A stretch of 64,000 nucleotides of DNA, taken from the NCBI RefSeq assembly GCF_964355755.1, contig NC_092679.1, forward strand, positions 15,669,432-15,733,431. The letters are read 5' to 3'. Source of the DNA: Antedon mediterranea (lineage: Eukaryota; Animalia; Echinodermata). A program made the position numbers and the translations under genes. The first letter of the stretch is position 1; each line of letters begins with the position of its first letter. The notes beneath the pieces are model-generated. The model saw nothing but the letters and a program-made list of their open reading frames with translations, did no database searches and was not told where the DNA came from. Below are positions 27,294 to 40,400 of the stretch, in pieces.

Positions 27294-30200
27294 TAGACTG
27301 TGGGCTACCGTAACCCCCCCCCCCCCCCCCTGGGGATTTTATGACCCATACATTTTTGGAAACCTCACACATATAGGTTTTCAAATCAGGTTGTCTGCAC
27401 ATTGCGCAGTGGTGCGTAAACCGATGAGGGCGCTTTTTCCAAAATGGCCGCCAAATTTAATAAAATATTAAATATATTGATAAAACAGTAATTTATATGC
27501 TAAAATTAACTTGTTTTTTAATTGTTCTGTATTGAAATAATGTGTGGTCAGGTCATGGTATATGTTTGTATTCCGAAAAGTCAATATAGAGGGCGCATTT
27601 CAAAATGGCCGTCGAAAATCATAAAACTTAACAAAATTGAAGTAATTACTAGAAATGATTATATAAACAATCAGAAAAATGTCAGAATGTCATTTTACCA
27701 TTCAATAATTTAACTGGTACTGACATTATTTGATTAAACTAATAAAATAATATTATTATTATTAAAATAATACAAAAACTTCTATCAAACAAATTAGTTG
27801 ATGCATGACATTCAACTTTAAACCAATCAGAACACAGATAGCAGTGTAGTAGTCTAGTTGATCAGTTGTATGAAACCAGTCTAGTCTATATAACATTGAG
27901 CTAAATTATCGAAGAAAATTGTGCTTTTTCAACAAAAAAGTTAATTCATAGTAAGTATTACAAGCAATTTGCTCTCCTAGTACAGTACATGGTGCAAAAT
28001 GTGGACTAGCCTAGGCCTCGGAGAACTTGGTAAAACTGCACAGTTCTGGCTTAACTATATGGATCGAGTTTGGCTTATCCTTCAATTTCAAAGAGCAACT
28101 AAGAAAACAATTTTGATTTGCATTTAGCTAGCCTACAAAGAATGTGTAGTCTGTTTTTTAGCTACGACCACCAAAACTATGCTAGATATACAATGGTGTA
28201 TTTCCTGTCTCTCCTAAACATATCAGAGACACATCCCGGAGCAGAGGAGCTCTTGCGACACAATGGTTTCAGCGTTAAACGATCACAAATTCCGATGTCG
28301 AGAAATGCTGTTGACATCACAATTGAACAAACTATCAACCGTCACGCAAAGTGCCATGGTGGAATCATAGGATTCAGCAGGAACTATTCGGCATATCATA
28401 GGTGGTGCACGACAAGACACAGTAGGGCTGGTTACCAGCAAGCCACAATGGAAATGGCAGACATGGATAACATGGAATCAACTTCACACAAGGGCTTGAA
28501 GTCCTCACACATCATCAACAGTGAACAAGATACTTGCAAGGTTCTAGCAGCATTTCATAATTTTGTAAATCCTTTTGTTGTTGAAAACAAGAACGTCCTC
28601 TACTGTCTGTCATCAGGTGCACCAGTATCAGATGAGATCGAACATGATCTCCTCCAGGCTGATAATATTGGAAAACAGGCTTACGACAAATTTGTTACGC
28701 AACGACTTGTTGAAGGCACAGTAAGTTTTCATCATCCAATCAAGAAGTGTAAACTAAAGACATTTGTACAACTTGCCAAATCCTGTAAGATCTCGGGACA
28801 GTCAAAGAAGACCAAAGAAGTAAAAGCTGAAAGAAGTGTATTTGGTCAGCTTGTACTTTTAGCAATGAAGCATGACATTAGTATAGAGAGGGTGCTTAGT
28901 TTCTCATTGGGACCTGTTCCATGGGCACTTGCAACGGCTGATGGTGTTCCAGTGAAGACAGACAAGGCAAAGCTTATGCATGCATTGGTAGGCGAATCGA
29001 ACACAATAGAAAGGCCGGCTGGAGAAACCACATATATTGTTCACTGAATGGCTCTGCTGGAAGCACAGATGGCTTTGCCTGATACATTTGGAGACCTGGC
29101 AGAGAGTATATTTGGACAGCTGCCTAAGGTAAAACGTGTGGACTTTGTAACTGATACCTACCTCCCACTATCAATCAAAGGAATTGAAAGGGCTAGAAGA
29201 GGTTCTTCTAAATCCCATATAATTAAAGGAGTCAAGACTAAAGTGCCACGAGACTGGAAATCGTTTCTGTCAAGCGATGACAATAAGATGACACTAATTT
29301 CTACTAAGTGAATGGAAAAAGAATAAATATGCACCAAATCTTCATGGAAGAGAAGTTGTATTTGGCTATACGAATAAATGCCTAAGTCTGAAGAGCAATG
29401 ATGGCCGAGAAACTATGTCAGAGTTATCGTCAACACAGGAAGAGGCTCACGAAGTTGATTCTCCACTGTCTGCAAATTGCCAGAAATTCATCATCCAATT
29501 CTACCATAATCATTCGATCTCCAGACACAGATGTCTTCATTCTTTTGCTTCATCACACCCAGGAACTGACTCAAACAATACTATTTGATACAGGTGTTGG
29601 CAATAAAAGACGTCTTGTAGATGTGCATAAAGTCATAAGTGATGTGGGAAATGATGTGTGTCATGCCCTTCCCGCATTACATGCATTCAGTTGTTGTGAC
29701 ACAACCAGTGCATTTGTTCGTAAGGGGAAACTACTACCTTTGAAGATCCTCAAACAGCACCAGGAATTTCTTGGTGCATTTCTGACTCTTGGCCGATCAT
29801 TGGAAATTGCAGATGAAACTCATGAAAGCTTGGAGCATTTTGTGTGCCGTCTTTACAACACTAAATCTACTCGTAACTGACATTAACACTTTGCGACATG
29901 ATAAATTTCTGGAAAGATTTAGTGTCAAGCCAGGTGCAATACTTTCGACCTATGATGGCATGGATATGAGCCTCCCTCCACCTTGCCGAGATGCTCTAAA
30001 AATGCATGTTAAAAGATCTAATTATCAAGCCGTACCAAATATCCCTCAACCAGACGGGCATGGTGTATTCAAAATGAAAAGTTGGACTTGAAGTGGACGG
30101 AAGGTGATATGATGCCACATGAGCTGGTTGACGTATTGGTAGAGGAACAGGAAGAGGAGGATGAGGAGGAGGATGATGATGAGCAAACTGAATTTAACAA

Positions 30201-31060
30201 CTTGATGGACATTTTTTTTTACACGGAAGAAGACTAGATAATCTTGTTATTGAAACTTTTATTGTAAATAGTAAGGAATGGCATTTCCAGTTACTTTTCC
30301 ATACAACATTCTACTAGAGCAACTATAAAACCACATGTTCTGAAAAATTTGCAACAATTTCCAAATGTATACTACCAGTAGTTAGAGAGATATGACAAAA
30401 CCAGGTCAAAAGTCATAAAGGTCATAAATGTCACTTCCGGTAATTTTTTGACAAAATGTTTCATTAGAGCAAATAGAAATATGCATATTGTAAACAATTT
30501 GAGATCATTTACAAGTGTCTATCATGTAAAGTCAATGTTATGTCTTTAAAATATAGAAAAAAAACCAATAGTGCACTTTTATTAGAATTGTTGGCAGCCA
30601 TTTTGACAAAACGGTCAGAAATGGCATTCCCAGTCCCCTTTACATAAAACTCTCCATTAGAGCAAGTATAAAACCACATGTTCCAAACAATTTGCGACAA
30701 ATTCCAAATGTGTACTACCAGTAGTTATAGAGATATGACAAAACCGGGTCAAAGGTCAGAGTGACAAAAATGTCATTTCCGGTCAAATTTTTACAAAACT
30801 TTTCATTAGAGCAAATAGAAATGTGCTTACTGTAAACAATTTGAGACCATTTATAAGTCTCTACCATGAGTGGTTGCCAAGATAGAGGCACCTGAGCCTA
30901 TGGGCAGCCATTTTGAAAACGCGCCCTCACGGGAATACGCACCACTGCGCAATGTGCAGACAACCTGATTTTAGTTCGTATATGGGTAGGGTTAAAAAAA
31001 ATACTGGTCCCGAAAAATCCCCAGGGGGGGGGAGGGTCCCGTGTTTGAGCCCACAGTCTA
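27294..31060 (+). mobile_element. Academ (AcademX-type) DNA transposon, internally deleted, with pseudogenised transposase/XPG-nuclease ORF (~28020-30238)
   Basis: TAGACTGTGGGCT...AGCCCACAGTCTA termini, 3-bp TSD CAA, long imperfect TIRs (ggttgtctgcacattgcgcagtggtgcgt / acgcaccactgcgcaatgtgcagacaacc). Protein motifs YDHQNYARY, DITIEQTINRHAK, IRSPDTDVFILLLH, LHAFSCCDTTSAF..KGK, LPPPCRDALKMHVKRSNYQA; stops and frameshifts. Confidence 0.85.
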
Positions 31061-32849
31061 CAAATATGACAATGTTAACACTAATAAACTGAAACAAAGA
31101 AAACAAAAAACAACTCTCATTTTCATTACAGAACATTTTTATATTCCAGGCTGCCACAGACAAACACTTTTTTTCTTGCTTGTTTGTTGATTTGTGTAGA
31201 GAGGCTGTAAACTCAGAGGAGGAATTATTTGAATTCCTCCCTTTTCACCAATACAAAAGTTGCATGAAATGAACGTAGAGATGCAAAAGTTTGAAAAAAG
31301 AAATTAGAATGATAGCATGGAGGGAGTGATATTATTAAATGAGAACCGTAATGTTAGAGTTCATACACTATGCAAGTCCAAGAAGCTATCTTGGCTCCGT
31401 GTGTATGTGAGACGCTTATCATACCCAGTACATACAATATTTTGTTTAAAAATATACCTATTTTGTTCGAATGTATAGTATAGGTGATAGCTTATACATA
31501 ATTGTAATAACTAACTTCTAAATTATTATCATACATTTTACGTTAGTTACTATAAGGGCGCTCTTGACATCGCGTGATGCATCTTTAAACATAAGTTTGG
31601 AACATTCTTCTTGGCTTGGAGACAGAATTCGCGAATGACATTCTCTGTATTAATGTTCATGTTAAAGTGTATGTTCATGAGGCACAATCCCGAAAGCTGC
31701 TCATAAGACATGTGATTTCCCAAACAGGTTTTCGTTCTCCATAAAGTCGAAAAACTCCGCTCAGTTTAAGCAGACGTTACGGGCATAGGCCTACGCGATT
31801 AGAAGAAGTGCACACACATTCGGGAACACATCTGGATCCGCTAATTTTACACAGTCGCTTCCATCACTGAAGCTCGGAATGAAGATGTTCGTGTCTTGGC
31901 AGATCATCGTACCAAATTCAAGTTCCTTGAAGACTTCTTCAACATTACACTTCATGATAGACTCGGGTGCTACGCCAAATATTTTAAAGCATGGCCTGTT
32001 ATCGGCAGAAAAACGGGTTTTTAACTCGGTTTGTAATCAAGTTGATTTGGTAATACTGCTCGGTAGTAATCTTCCACAGTATCTCCAGGATGATTTGATC
32101 TGTATTGTTGTCTCCGGTTTTTATTGATTTTTTCTATAAAAAAAAGGGGGGGTCAGGACCCCCGTGACCCCCCCACTGGCTGCGCCCCTGCAAATAACTC
32201 CTTACATGACTCACTTCAACTGATGGCAGGCCTCAATTAGTGGCGAAATGCAGAGGTCTGACGCTCCTGGTTTAGAGGCCCTCCAATTTCCAATGCTGGA
32301 GCGTTTTTCGCCCATTTCGGCATTTGTTTTTTCCTCTGGGCACTGCTCAAGAGCGCCTATAAGGTCCGAGGCCACTGGGTTTAGCCAGTGAGCGCTGATA
32401 GCCGTTACTCCTCAATGATTTTTGTTTAGGCAACAGTAACTAACATTATACCATTAGTATCAAATCAAACCATTAAACTTATTCTATAAATATTAACTTG
32501 TTTCATGTTGTGTTATACCAGGTTTATTTCCAACCAGTTTTATATTACAGTAGAATCCCTAATGGACACTTTCCCATGAAATATATGCAATATATGTTTT
32601 TATGCTTCAGGAAACCTTTTTTAAGGGGACACCCATTTTAAGGGGACTGTTTGGCCTCGAGGCTTATTGCCGATAGCGTATTCAATCACAATAGGCAACA
32701 ATCCATGCTTTGTTTGCACACAGATACACAACAGTGAGGACCAAAATGCATGCCAATGTCAACAGGCTATAGATAAACAACCAGCAATTCTCTACTTATA
32801 GTCTTCTATATTATTATATAAAGCCGCGCTGAGGGAAATAAACAAAATA

Positions 32850-33019
32850 TCATTCCCAGAGGGGATGTCAAATCTTATATTTCACCTCTAAGCAGGCAAT
32901 ATCTGTATAATATAGACCGTGGGAGTGATCTGTTTTGTCATGAAAAAACCCTTGACACAAGACAAGATTTGAACCCAGGACTCCGAATCTGGTAAGAAAC
33001 CTCCAAACCACAATGCCAC
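32850..33019 (-). mobile_element. tRNA-derived SINE fragment; related remnant at ~39990-40130
   Basis: Minus strand gtggcattgtggtt...cctgggttcaaatc (A and B boxes), followed by a body ttttttcatgacaaaa shared with the 40 kb copy. Confidence 0.55.
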
Positions 33020-33323
33020 TTGTTGTACTCTTGAATGAACACTTTTGAACATATCGATAGACCAACATCTTGTCGCACCAATCATCAAATTACATCCCTA
33101 CACTCTTCTCTTTTAGAGTTCTTTATATCCAGCCAAACATGTTACTAATCTTTCATGGACTCACTGGCTGGAGTGCCATTAGTATACATAAACACATATA
33201 CAACTACCCATTTGTAATTGTTATATATCATTTTTCTTTGTTTTTGTGTTTCAACATTTGCCATTTACAAAAATCAAATATTTTTATTCAAATAATATTA
33301 TAACAAAAGTATGCTGTACTTTG

Positions 33324-36300
33324 TTATGACTTGGATAGCTTCCTTTCGACAGATGTTCGGTAAAAGGCAAAAATCTTCTGAGACGCCAACTTGGATGCGG
33401 CTAAACATGTGTTGTACTGCAAAGAAAATCACAATTTTTTAAAACATCATCTAAAGTGTATTCGCACCAATCTTTAAAAAACGGTAAACTTAACCAGGAC
33501 AATAAATGTACCATAAACCATGGGTACTTTGACCATTGATTGAAGATGGAATATTCAACAAGGTCAGTTTTACCAAGGTCAGTTTTACCAAGACAATTTA
33601 ATAACAGGACACTGAGCTCGCCTTGCCAAGATAGGAACTCGTAACAGTCCTTTGATCTTATTTCTGGCTGCAACAAATACCAACAGTATTGTAATACAGT
33701 ATGTACATAATATGTACCAAGTACAGCACAGTTGGTATTTGTTGCAGCAAGACATAAGATCAAAGGACTGTTACAAGTTTCTTTTTGCCAAATATTATTT
33801 GCTGTGGCACAGTGTCTGTCAACCAATCATTTAAAGAAGCCAATTGGCCAATCAAAAATCAGTCAAAGAGTTTAGGGGGTGTGAAACTGATTTTGTAACA
33901 GCCAGAGATAAACCCTTAGATCTCTGAAGCTCAGCATCCTGTTATTAGACTGCATTGGTTTTACCGAGACCATGGTTAGATTTACTGGGCAAGCACTGGT
34001 ACTGTAGCCAGCATTTTCTTGTTCAACTCGGTTGTGACTATGACCAAATTAACTTCAGTATGATCAACGCTTAAACGCTTATTGCACACATGGTCTTGCG
34101 AGTCACACAGCAAAACCTACTTTAACTTTCACTGCTCTAAACACAATTTAATGGTCAGGGGTATTTGTATTAACAAGATAGGATCATTGAGCACAATTTT
34201 AAAATGACAATATATCAAAATGACTACCTGTTCAATGGAACATGACCCTGATAATGACGTCGTAATAATATTTTGTTTGCGGCTTTCAAAAGCAAATGTC
34301 ATGACAGAAGCTGCATCCTACAAAGAAAATGAAATTAATTGCTAAAACCGATTAACAATAAAAAATAAAAATGTATTAACTGGAAACTGCTGAAATTCAG
34401 GTTAGGCCCTCTACAGACCCACGGCAGCCAGCAGTGCGAAATGCCGCAATAACTAGCCCCACCTTGCATTGTTTATCCGTCGGATCTAAGATGACTGTGC
34501 CTTCTTTGTCAAGAGCGGATGTGATGGAGCAAATGAGATACTTCATTGGTACACCAGCATCCATTAGAGCTAAACATGCTGCATTTATACAACAAGACAG
34601 AAGCTGACAGCCATTAAGAAAGCTTAACAAATTTAAATTAGTGGAGAAGTGTTTTTTAACAAAGATTTATCCAAATCATTCTAATCCACTTTTCCACTTG
34701 TCTCTTTGAAATGAGAGAAGGTAAAGCTCTGTCTAAACTATCAAACTAGTTTGACAAAAAAAGTGTGATGTGGCCAAATATGGTAGTAATATACTTAAAT
34801 ACGGTAGTGATATGACATCATGTCCATATATGGGCACATCACATTTGTTGTCACATAAAGTTGTATGGTATAGCAAGAGCTTTATGATGGATACAAACCT
34901 GTCCTCAGCCAGGCAAGATACTTTTTTATCATTGCTGCAAACCTCCTAATAGATTAGTCTATAGATTGTCCTAAAGCTCAGTCTACACCATCAAACTTTA
35001 TGTGACAACAAAATTTGATGTGACAATATATGGACATGATGATGGCACATCACTACTATATACATATGTCACACTTTTTTTGTCAAATTACTTTGATAGC
35101 GTAGACAGCGCATAAGACACTACTAATTGTTTGAAGATGGAAGTAATTGCTTAAAGAAGGAATAACTATTCTAAGGGGGTAGTTGGTGGGAGCAATTATG
35201 TCAAAGAAGATATTAATTGTTGTCCTAATGGGTTATGCTCTGTCTACAATATCCAACTACAGTAGATACTGATATGGTAGTGATATGCTTAAATATGTTA
35301 GTAATATAACATAACAATATGGGCACAGAGGGACCTAGACAGAGCTTTAGAGGGTAGATGGCCAAGGAATAATTCTTTGTGTGTAGTTGCAAATTGCCTT
35401 AAAGGATACTGAACCAGAGTCTTTGATGACTTGAACGACAATCAGAATAGATGTTCTTGGATGCAGAGCTGATAGGATAGCAGCAGCACAGGAGTTCTGT
35501 ATCAATCGTTCTTGAGATTTCTCATAAACACCTGAAGCAAAAAGATCATATATAAATACTAATTATCAGGGCTGTAGTTACAGTTGAATTGGGCAAGGGA
35601 GAGGGGTAGAAAGATAGTGGTTGAATGTAGCAGACTAGTTAAAGACTTGAGGTTATATATTGTTATCTTTTAATGGCTGTTATTGCAGGGAAGAGTGCCT
35701 CTTTCTTGGTTATTGACATTCTTTACATACATTTTGATTTAAAAGAATTTTACATATATTCATAGTTTACATCTTAATACTGAAGAGTATCATACATAAT
35801 TCATGGATGTGGTAGATTATTAATCAAATAGACAATGGGCCTGTCATGTTGAAAAGTGATATATATTGTGCTGCATACTATTCAATTCAATTCAAACAAC
35901 ATTTATTTTTGTCGTTTATTATTTGTTCATTTAGATATTTATTGTCTGTTTTTTTATTTTTCTGATTTTAATTGTATTTTTAAATTGTAGTACAAATAAA
36001 AGAGATTCAGTCAGAAAAGAATTTTAATTACAATGATTGTAATAATGTACGGTATATATATTTTTTGTAGAATAACTTTTTAACTTAAATTTGTGTAACC
36101 TTGTATTTTCCTATGTCATGTTTATAAACCAAACCAAAAGGCAATAAGTACAAAAAAAAAGGCCAGATTGAGATTAATGGAAAAAAGGTAATAGACGAAG
36201 GCAGAATCCCAAAAAGATGAAAATCCTGGGGCAGGATTGCCATGACAAATTAATAATAATATAAAAAATATAAAAAAAAAGAACAATAAAAAAAATAAAG

Positions 36301-37090
36301 ATTATACCATAGATAAAAGTTGAACAAATAAAGTAAAAATGAATACAATATGTTACTGAGTATCGGGAGCCTATATTAGAAGTATAAACATACCAGGTAA
36401 GCCAGTTTTAGGTTTGAAGACAACTTCCACTGTGGCTTTATCAATTATTTCTTTATTTTGTCTAACCTCTCCTGGACCATATACTGCAACCAGAACAGTT
36501 GTGTCACCTGAAATTAATAATCATCAGAATTATAAGAATTAGTTTCCAGTGTATTTGACTGGGCCTACTACTCTAGACTGTAATGTACTACTACTGTACT
36601 AACTACTATAAATATACAGATTTTTCTCAATATATTTTAAGATATTGCCATCCCCATGGCATGACAGTAACACTAACGTAACAGTGGTTGGTTCTATTCT
36701 AGTAAAAAAATGGATATGTCTTGCATGTTAAACTCTAGGCCTAGGCCTAGGCTGTGGCATCATAGCTACTTTAATTTAACACCTATTTTATCTAGGCCTA
36801 AAAATCTAAACTGCCTGGTGCCTAGCTAGGCTAATGTAACTCAGCTGCTGGCTGACTGACTGTCTGAGTGAGACTATAGACTATAGTGGGACTGCCTGTG
36901 TGTGAGCCTGATTGATATGATAAATTAAAAGAGGTAGGCCTAGGCCTAGCTAACTTAACTATGTATTATTTATGTTATTATGACATATTTTAACGTTTAA
37001 ACCTTGATTAAAAGTTGCTGATCCATCTGACCGAGTTAATCCACCTATTTCTGAGCCAAATGACCTTAGTTCACACTGTTGTTGCTGCAT
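33324..37090 (-). CDS. EXOSC5: Exosome complex component RRP46; exons 37090-37003, 36507-36394, 35531-35410, 34603-34463, 34317-34228, 33416-33324 (in-frame upstream ATG also at 37117)
   Basis: In-frame exons: [123 protein letters not shown] (RNase PH-like fold). Confidence 0.95.
34604..35409 (-). other. U12-type (minor spliceosome) GT-AG intron, EXOSC5 intron 3
   Basis: 5' splice site GTATCCTTT; branch site TTTCTTAAT followed directly by GGCTGTCAG with no polypyrimidine tract. Confidence 0.92.
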
Positions 37091-37117
37091 TTTTGTGCTT
37101 TTTATTTCTGTAAACAT

Positions 37118-37475
37118 CAATCAAATGTGCGACACATGGGTTTTCACCAGAGGTCAACTGAGATTACCCAAGCTACTAAAATATTTCTAAACTTTTCTAG
37201 AAAATGTTGTATTAGTAATAAAAAGATAAACTTTAACTAAAATCATTTTTAAATAATCTGAAATATGCGTAATTAATTAATTTCAAACCTACCTAGGCCT
37301 AAGCAGAATTATTAAATACTTATATAAAAAAATTAGTAGGATAGGTGGTACTTTCTCGTGGCACTTTTTGGCTAATGTCGACGTTTTCACCGTCTTTTTC
37401 TAATCTGGAAGACAATATTACACATTACCTGATAATATTTTAATTTTTAAAATTTGGAATTTTGTAGGTTGAAGT
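37118..37475. promoter_or_regulatory. Putative bidirectional promoter region shared by EXOSC5 and YIF1
   Basis: Divergent start codons are less than 400 bp apart. Confidence 0.6.
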
Positions 37476-40400
37476 ATGGATGTTCCGCCACAGTTCAGGA
37501 ATCGTAAGTGTATGTTTCAGTCCAATGAAATACTTCAGTGTCGCATGGATGGTTGATGTGTCCTCCTGCCGTCGATCCTAGCCTGCCTACCACCACCGTG
37601 TACCTCTGTGTGATGTTAATTGGAGCATGTTCACCGGCGACCTTGGCGTTGTTTATACGAACTAGAAAGAGGCCTAGCTTAGTTGTTTTGATTTTATGAT
37701 TTACGCTAGTAGAATATTATTTAACTGTTGTTTTTATTTCTATATTACTAGATTTCATATAATACATTTATTTTGCATTATAAATTATACATTTTTATAG
37801 CCTATTTTATTTTAAAATTGTTGTTGTCTTTCATCCGTTTCCAATAATCGCTGCATCACAGTTTATTATTTGCGTATTATTTTTTTTTATATTGCGTTTA
37901 GCATCATTATTGTAAATAAATGGATTTTTCTTTTAAATATTGCACCCAAAAAGTAAAAACCTATGTAGAACCATTGAATGTTTTCTTTTTTCCAATATAC
38001 AGTACAATACAAGAGTACAATCCCGCCCCATCATTTTTGCCAAATTTGTACTATTTCCCCTTGAGTTTAAAACTGATTTATTTAGATAAATTTATACCAA
38101 GAAATTAATTTTATATATATTTATTTATTTATATTATATAATATTTCAGCTCACCAAGGTCAGGGTCATCAGCGAAAAAGTCAAAAACAAAACATGAACA
38201 AGGGTCCGACCCCCCTGTTTGATGACACCAGCACAATGTCCGACCCTCAGCAGCAGCAGTACATGGGTGGACAGTATGCGTATGGGCCACCCCAACCAGG
38301 ATTTCCAGGTCAGCAGTACATGAATGACCCAATGGCAAACATGGCCGTGCAGTATGGAGCATCACTTGCTGGTCAAGGAAAGGATGTTTTGGAGAAAAAA
38401 GTTAGTATATATTTAATTGGGAACTTTACCGTTTGAGCCTGCATCAGAGGGTGAACAAGCTATGATCCACACTATTTACACTTTCCACACTATTTACACT
38501 TTCCTCACAATGCTTCAATTGAGGGAGAAGGAAGGGTGTGGGGCCTTGCTCTAAAGCTCTGTCTACACTTGACCAAAAGAGTTGGATTTGCCCAAATATG
38601 GGCACATCACTTTTTTTTATCTTCATCTGCATCCGCCTTCTTCTCCTCCAATAATAATTATCTTTTTTCTTCTTGAAAGCTCTCTTGCCATTCTTCCACC
38701 TTCTTCAATCATAACAAATATGAGAATGTGTGTCTTTTAAATGTATAATTTATTTCAATTTCTTACAGATTGATAGGATTATGTCGGTGTCCAAGATGAA
38801 GTACTACTTTGCTGTAGACACAAGCTACGTTGTTAGGAAATTGGGACTGTTGTTATTTCCCTATACTAATACAGTAAGTCATTTACATACTGTGTAAACA
38901 GGCACCTAATATGATCACACCTTGTTATTGTTACTTTCTATTATGTAGTAGTTACTTACCTAACTAAAGCTCTGTCCACACTATCAAACTAGTTTGACAA
39001 AAAAAGTGTGATGTGCCCAAATATGGTAGTGATATGACATTATCATGTCCATGGGCACATCACATTTTTTTGTCACATAAAGTTTGATAGTGTAGACAGA
39101 GCTTCAGTCCAAATCTTCATTACTCTTCCTTTATATTTCTTGTTACTCTATATGTCTTCAAAGAATAATATTCTTCCATTGATGTTTTGATTCACAGAAT
39201 TGGACAGTAAATTACCAATCAGATGAACCAGTTGCCCCACGATATGAATTAAATGCCCCCGATCTATACATACCAACCATGGCGTTTGTTACATACTTGC
39301 TCCTAGCTGGAGTTGCCCTTGGTAGACAGGACCGGTAAGTTGATTTGGTCACTAAAACTTGCCCACTTCAACTTGCCCTATGCATAGAGATATTATAGTC
39401 AATAATTATTATCTCTACTGTATTTAAATATAAACATTTCTGTACTCTCATGAATATTCATTATATGTTAATTTTGTGTTGCCAGGTTCACACCAGAATT
39501 ACTTGGAATGCAAGCAAGTTCAGCATTAGTTTGGTTAGTAATTGAAATCATAGCTGTTCTCTTCACCCTCTACGTCATGAATATTAACTCAGCTTTGAAA
39601 TCATTAGACCTCCTTGCATTTTGTGGATACAAATATGTTGGGTAAGTTTTTTAGAAATTAGTTGTCAACAACTATGGAGTATATAATTTTACAGATAATA
39701 AAATAAACGCAGTGGCTAGAGTACATGCAATCTACATGCTATATCTGTGCCTATTGGGACAATCAGGCCTCCGACCCTTGAAACCTAAAAAAAAAACATC
39801 CCTCTACAAAATATTGGTGTAGGTATAGCCTGTGGATTGGACTCCTAAGCATAGATGAAGCCACTTCCTTAAATAAATTCAATTCAATTCAAAATTCTTT
39901 AATCATCCCACACGGGGCAAATAAAAAAAGTTCTGGATTAAAATGTAGAAAATATACAAAATGACAACATTGCTAGACGGAAGTCCCAGAACCATTGTTA
40001 TTCTCAAGGGATAGCCATAAGTGAGATCACTTACTGTCCTTCTTCACAAGATATACCGGATTTTTGGAGTAGTTTTTTTTGTCATGAGAAAAATCCTGAC
40101 TTGAACACAGGATCATGGGATCGGTTAGCTAGGCATCTATTAAGCTCTGTCTACACTATCAAACTAGTTTGACAAAAAATGTGCACAGATATGTTAGTGA
40201 TATGATATCATCGTGTCCATATATGGACAGAGCTTTAGTTACAACACCATTCAAAAAACGCACAAATTAATAACATTTTGGTCTTTCTAGGATGATTTTA
40301 GCAATTCTTGGAGGCCTTTTCTTTGCCAGTGGAGGTTACTACCTTACTCTTATTTACTGCAGTGCTTCTTTAGTCTACTTTCTAGTAAGTACAATAATAT

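Larger units (their letters stand above)
27010..32190 (-). mobile_element. hAT-type DNA transposon remnant with perfect 15-bp TIRs and 5-bp TSD (CAAAT); contains a nested Academ element
   Basis: CAGGGGCGCAGCCAG (27010-27024) and CTGGCTGCGCCCCTG (32176-32190), flanked by CAAAT on both sides. Decayed hAT dimerisation domain on the minus strand at ~31600-31850 (PDVFPNVCALLLI..MPVTSA.TERSFSTLWRTKT.L...MSYEQLSGLCLMNIH). Confidence 0.88.

Noticed and set aside
27009-27313. Gly/Pro-rich collagen-like ORFs
   Set aside because: Translations of the 40-bp GC-rich subterminal repeat of the hAT element; no sustained Gly-X-Y register.
29045-29047. In-frame TGA between the 309-aa and 87-aa ORFs as selenocysteine or programmed read-through
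   Set aside because: It lies in a transposase pseudogene with several other frameshifts, falls where a DG motif is expected (YIVH*MAL versus ..DGMAL), and no SECIS was seen.
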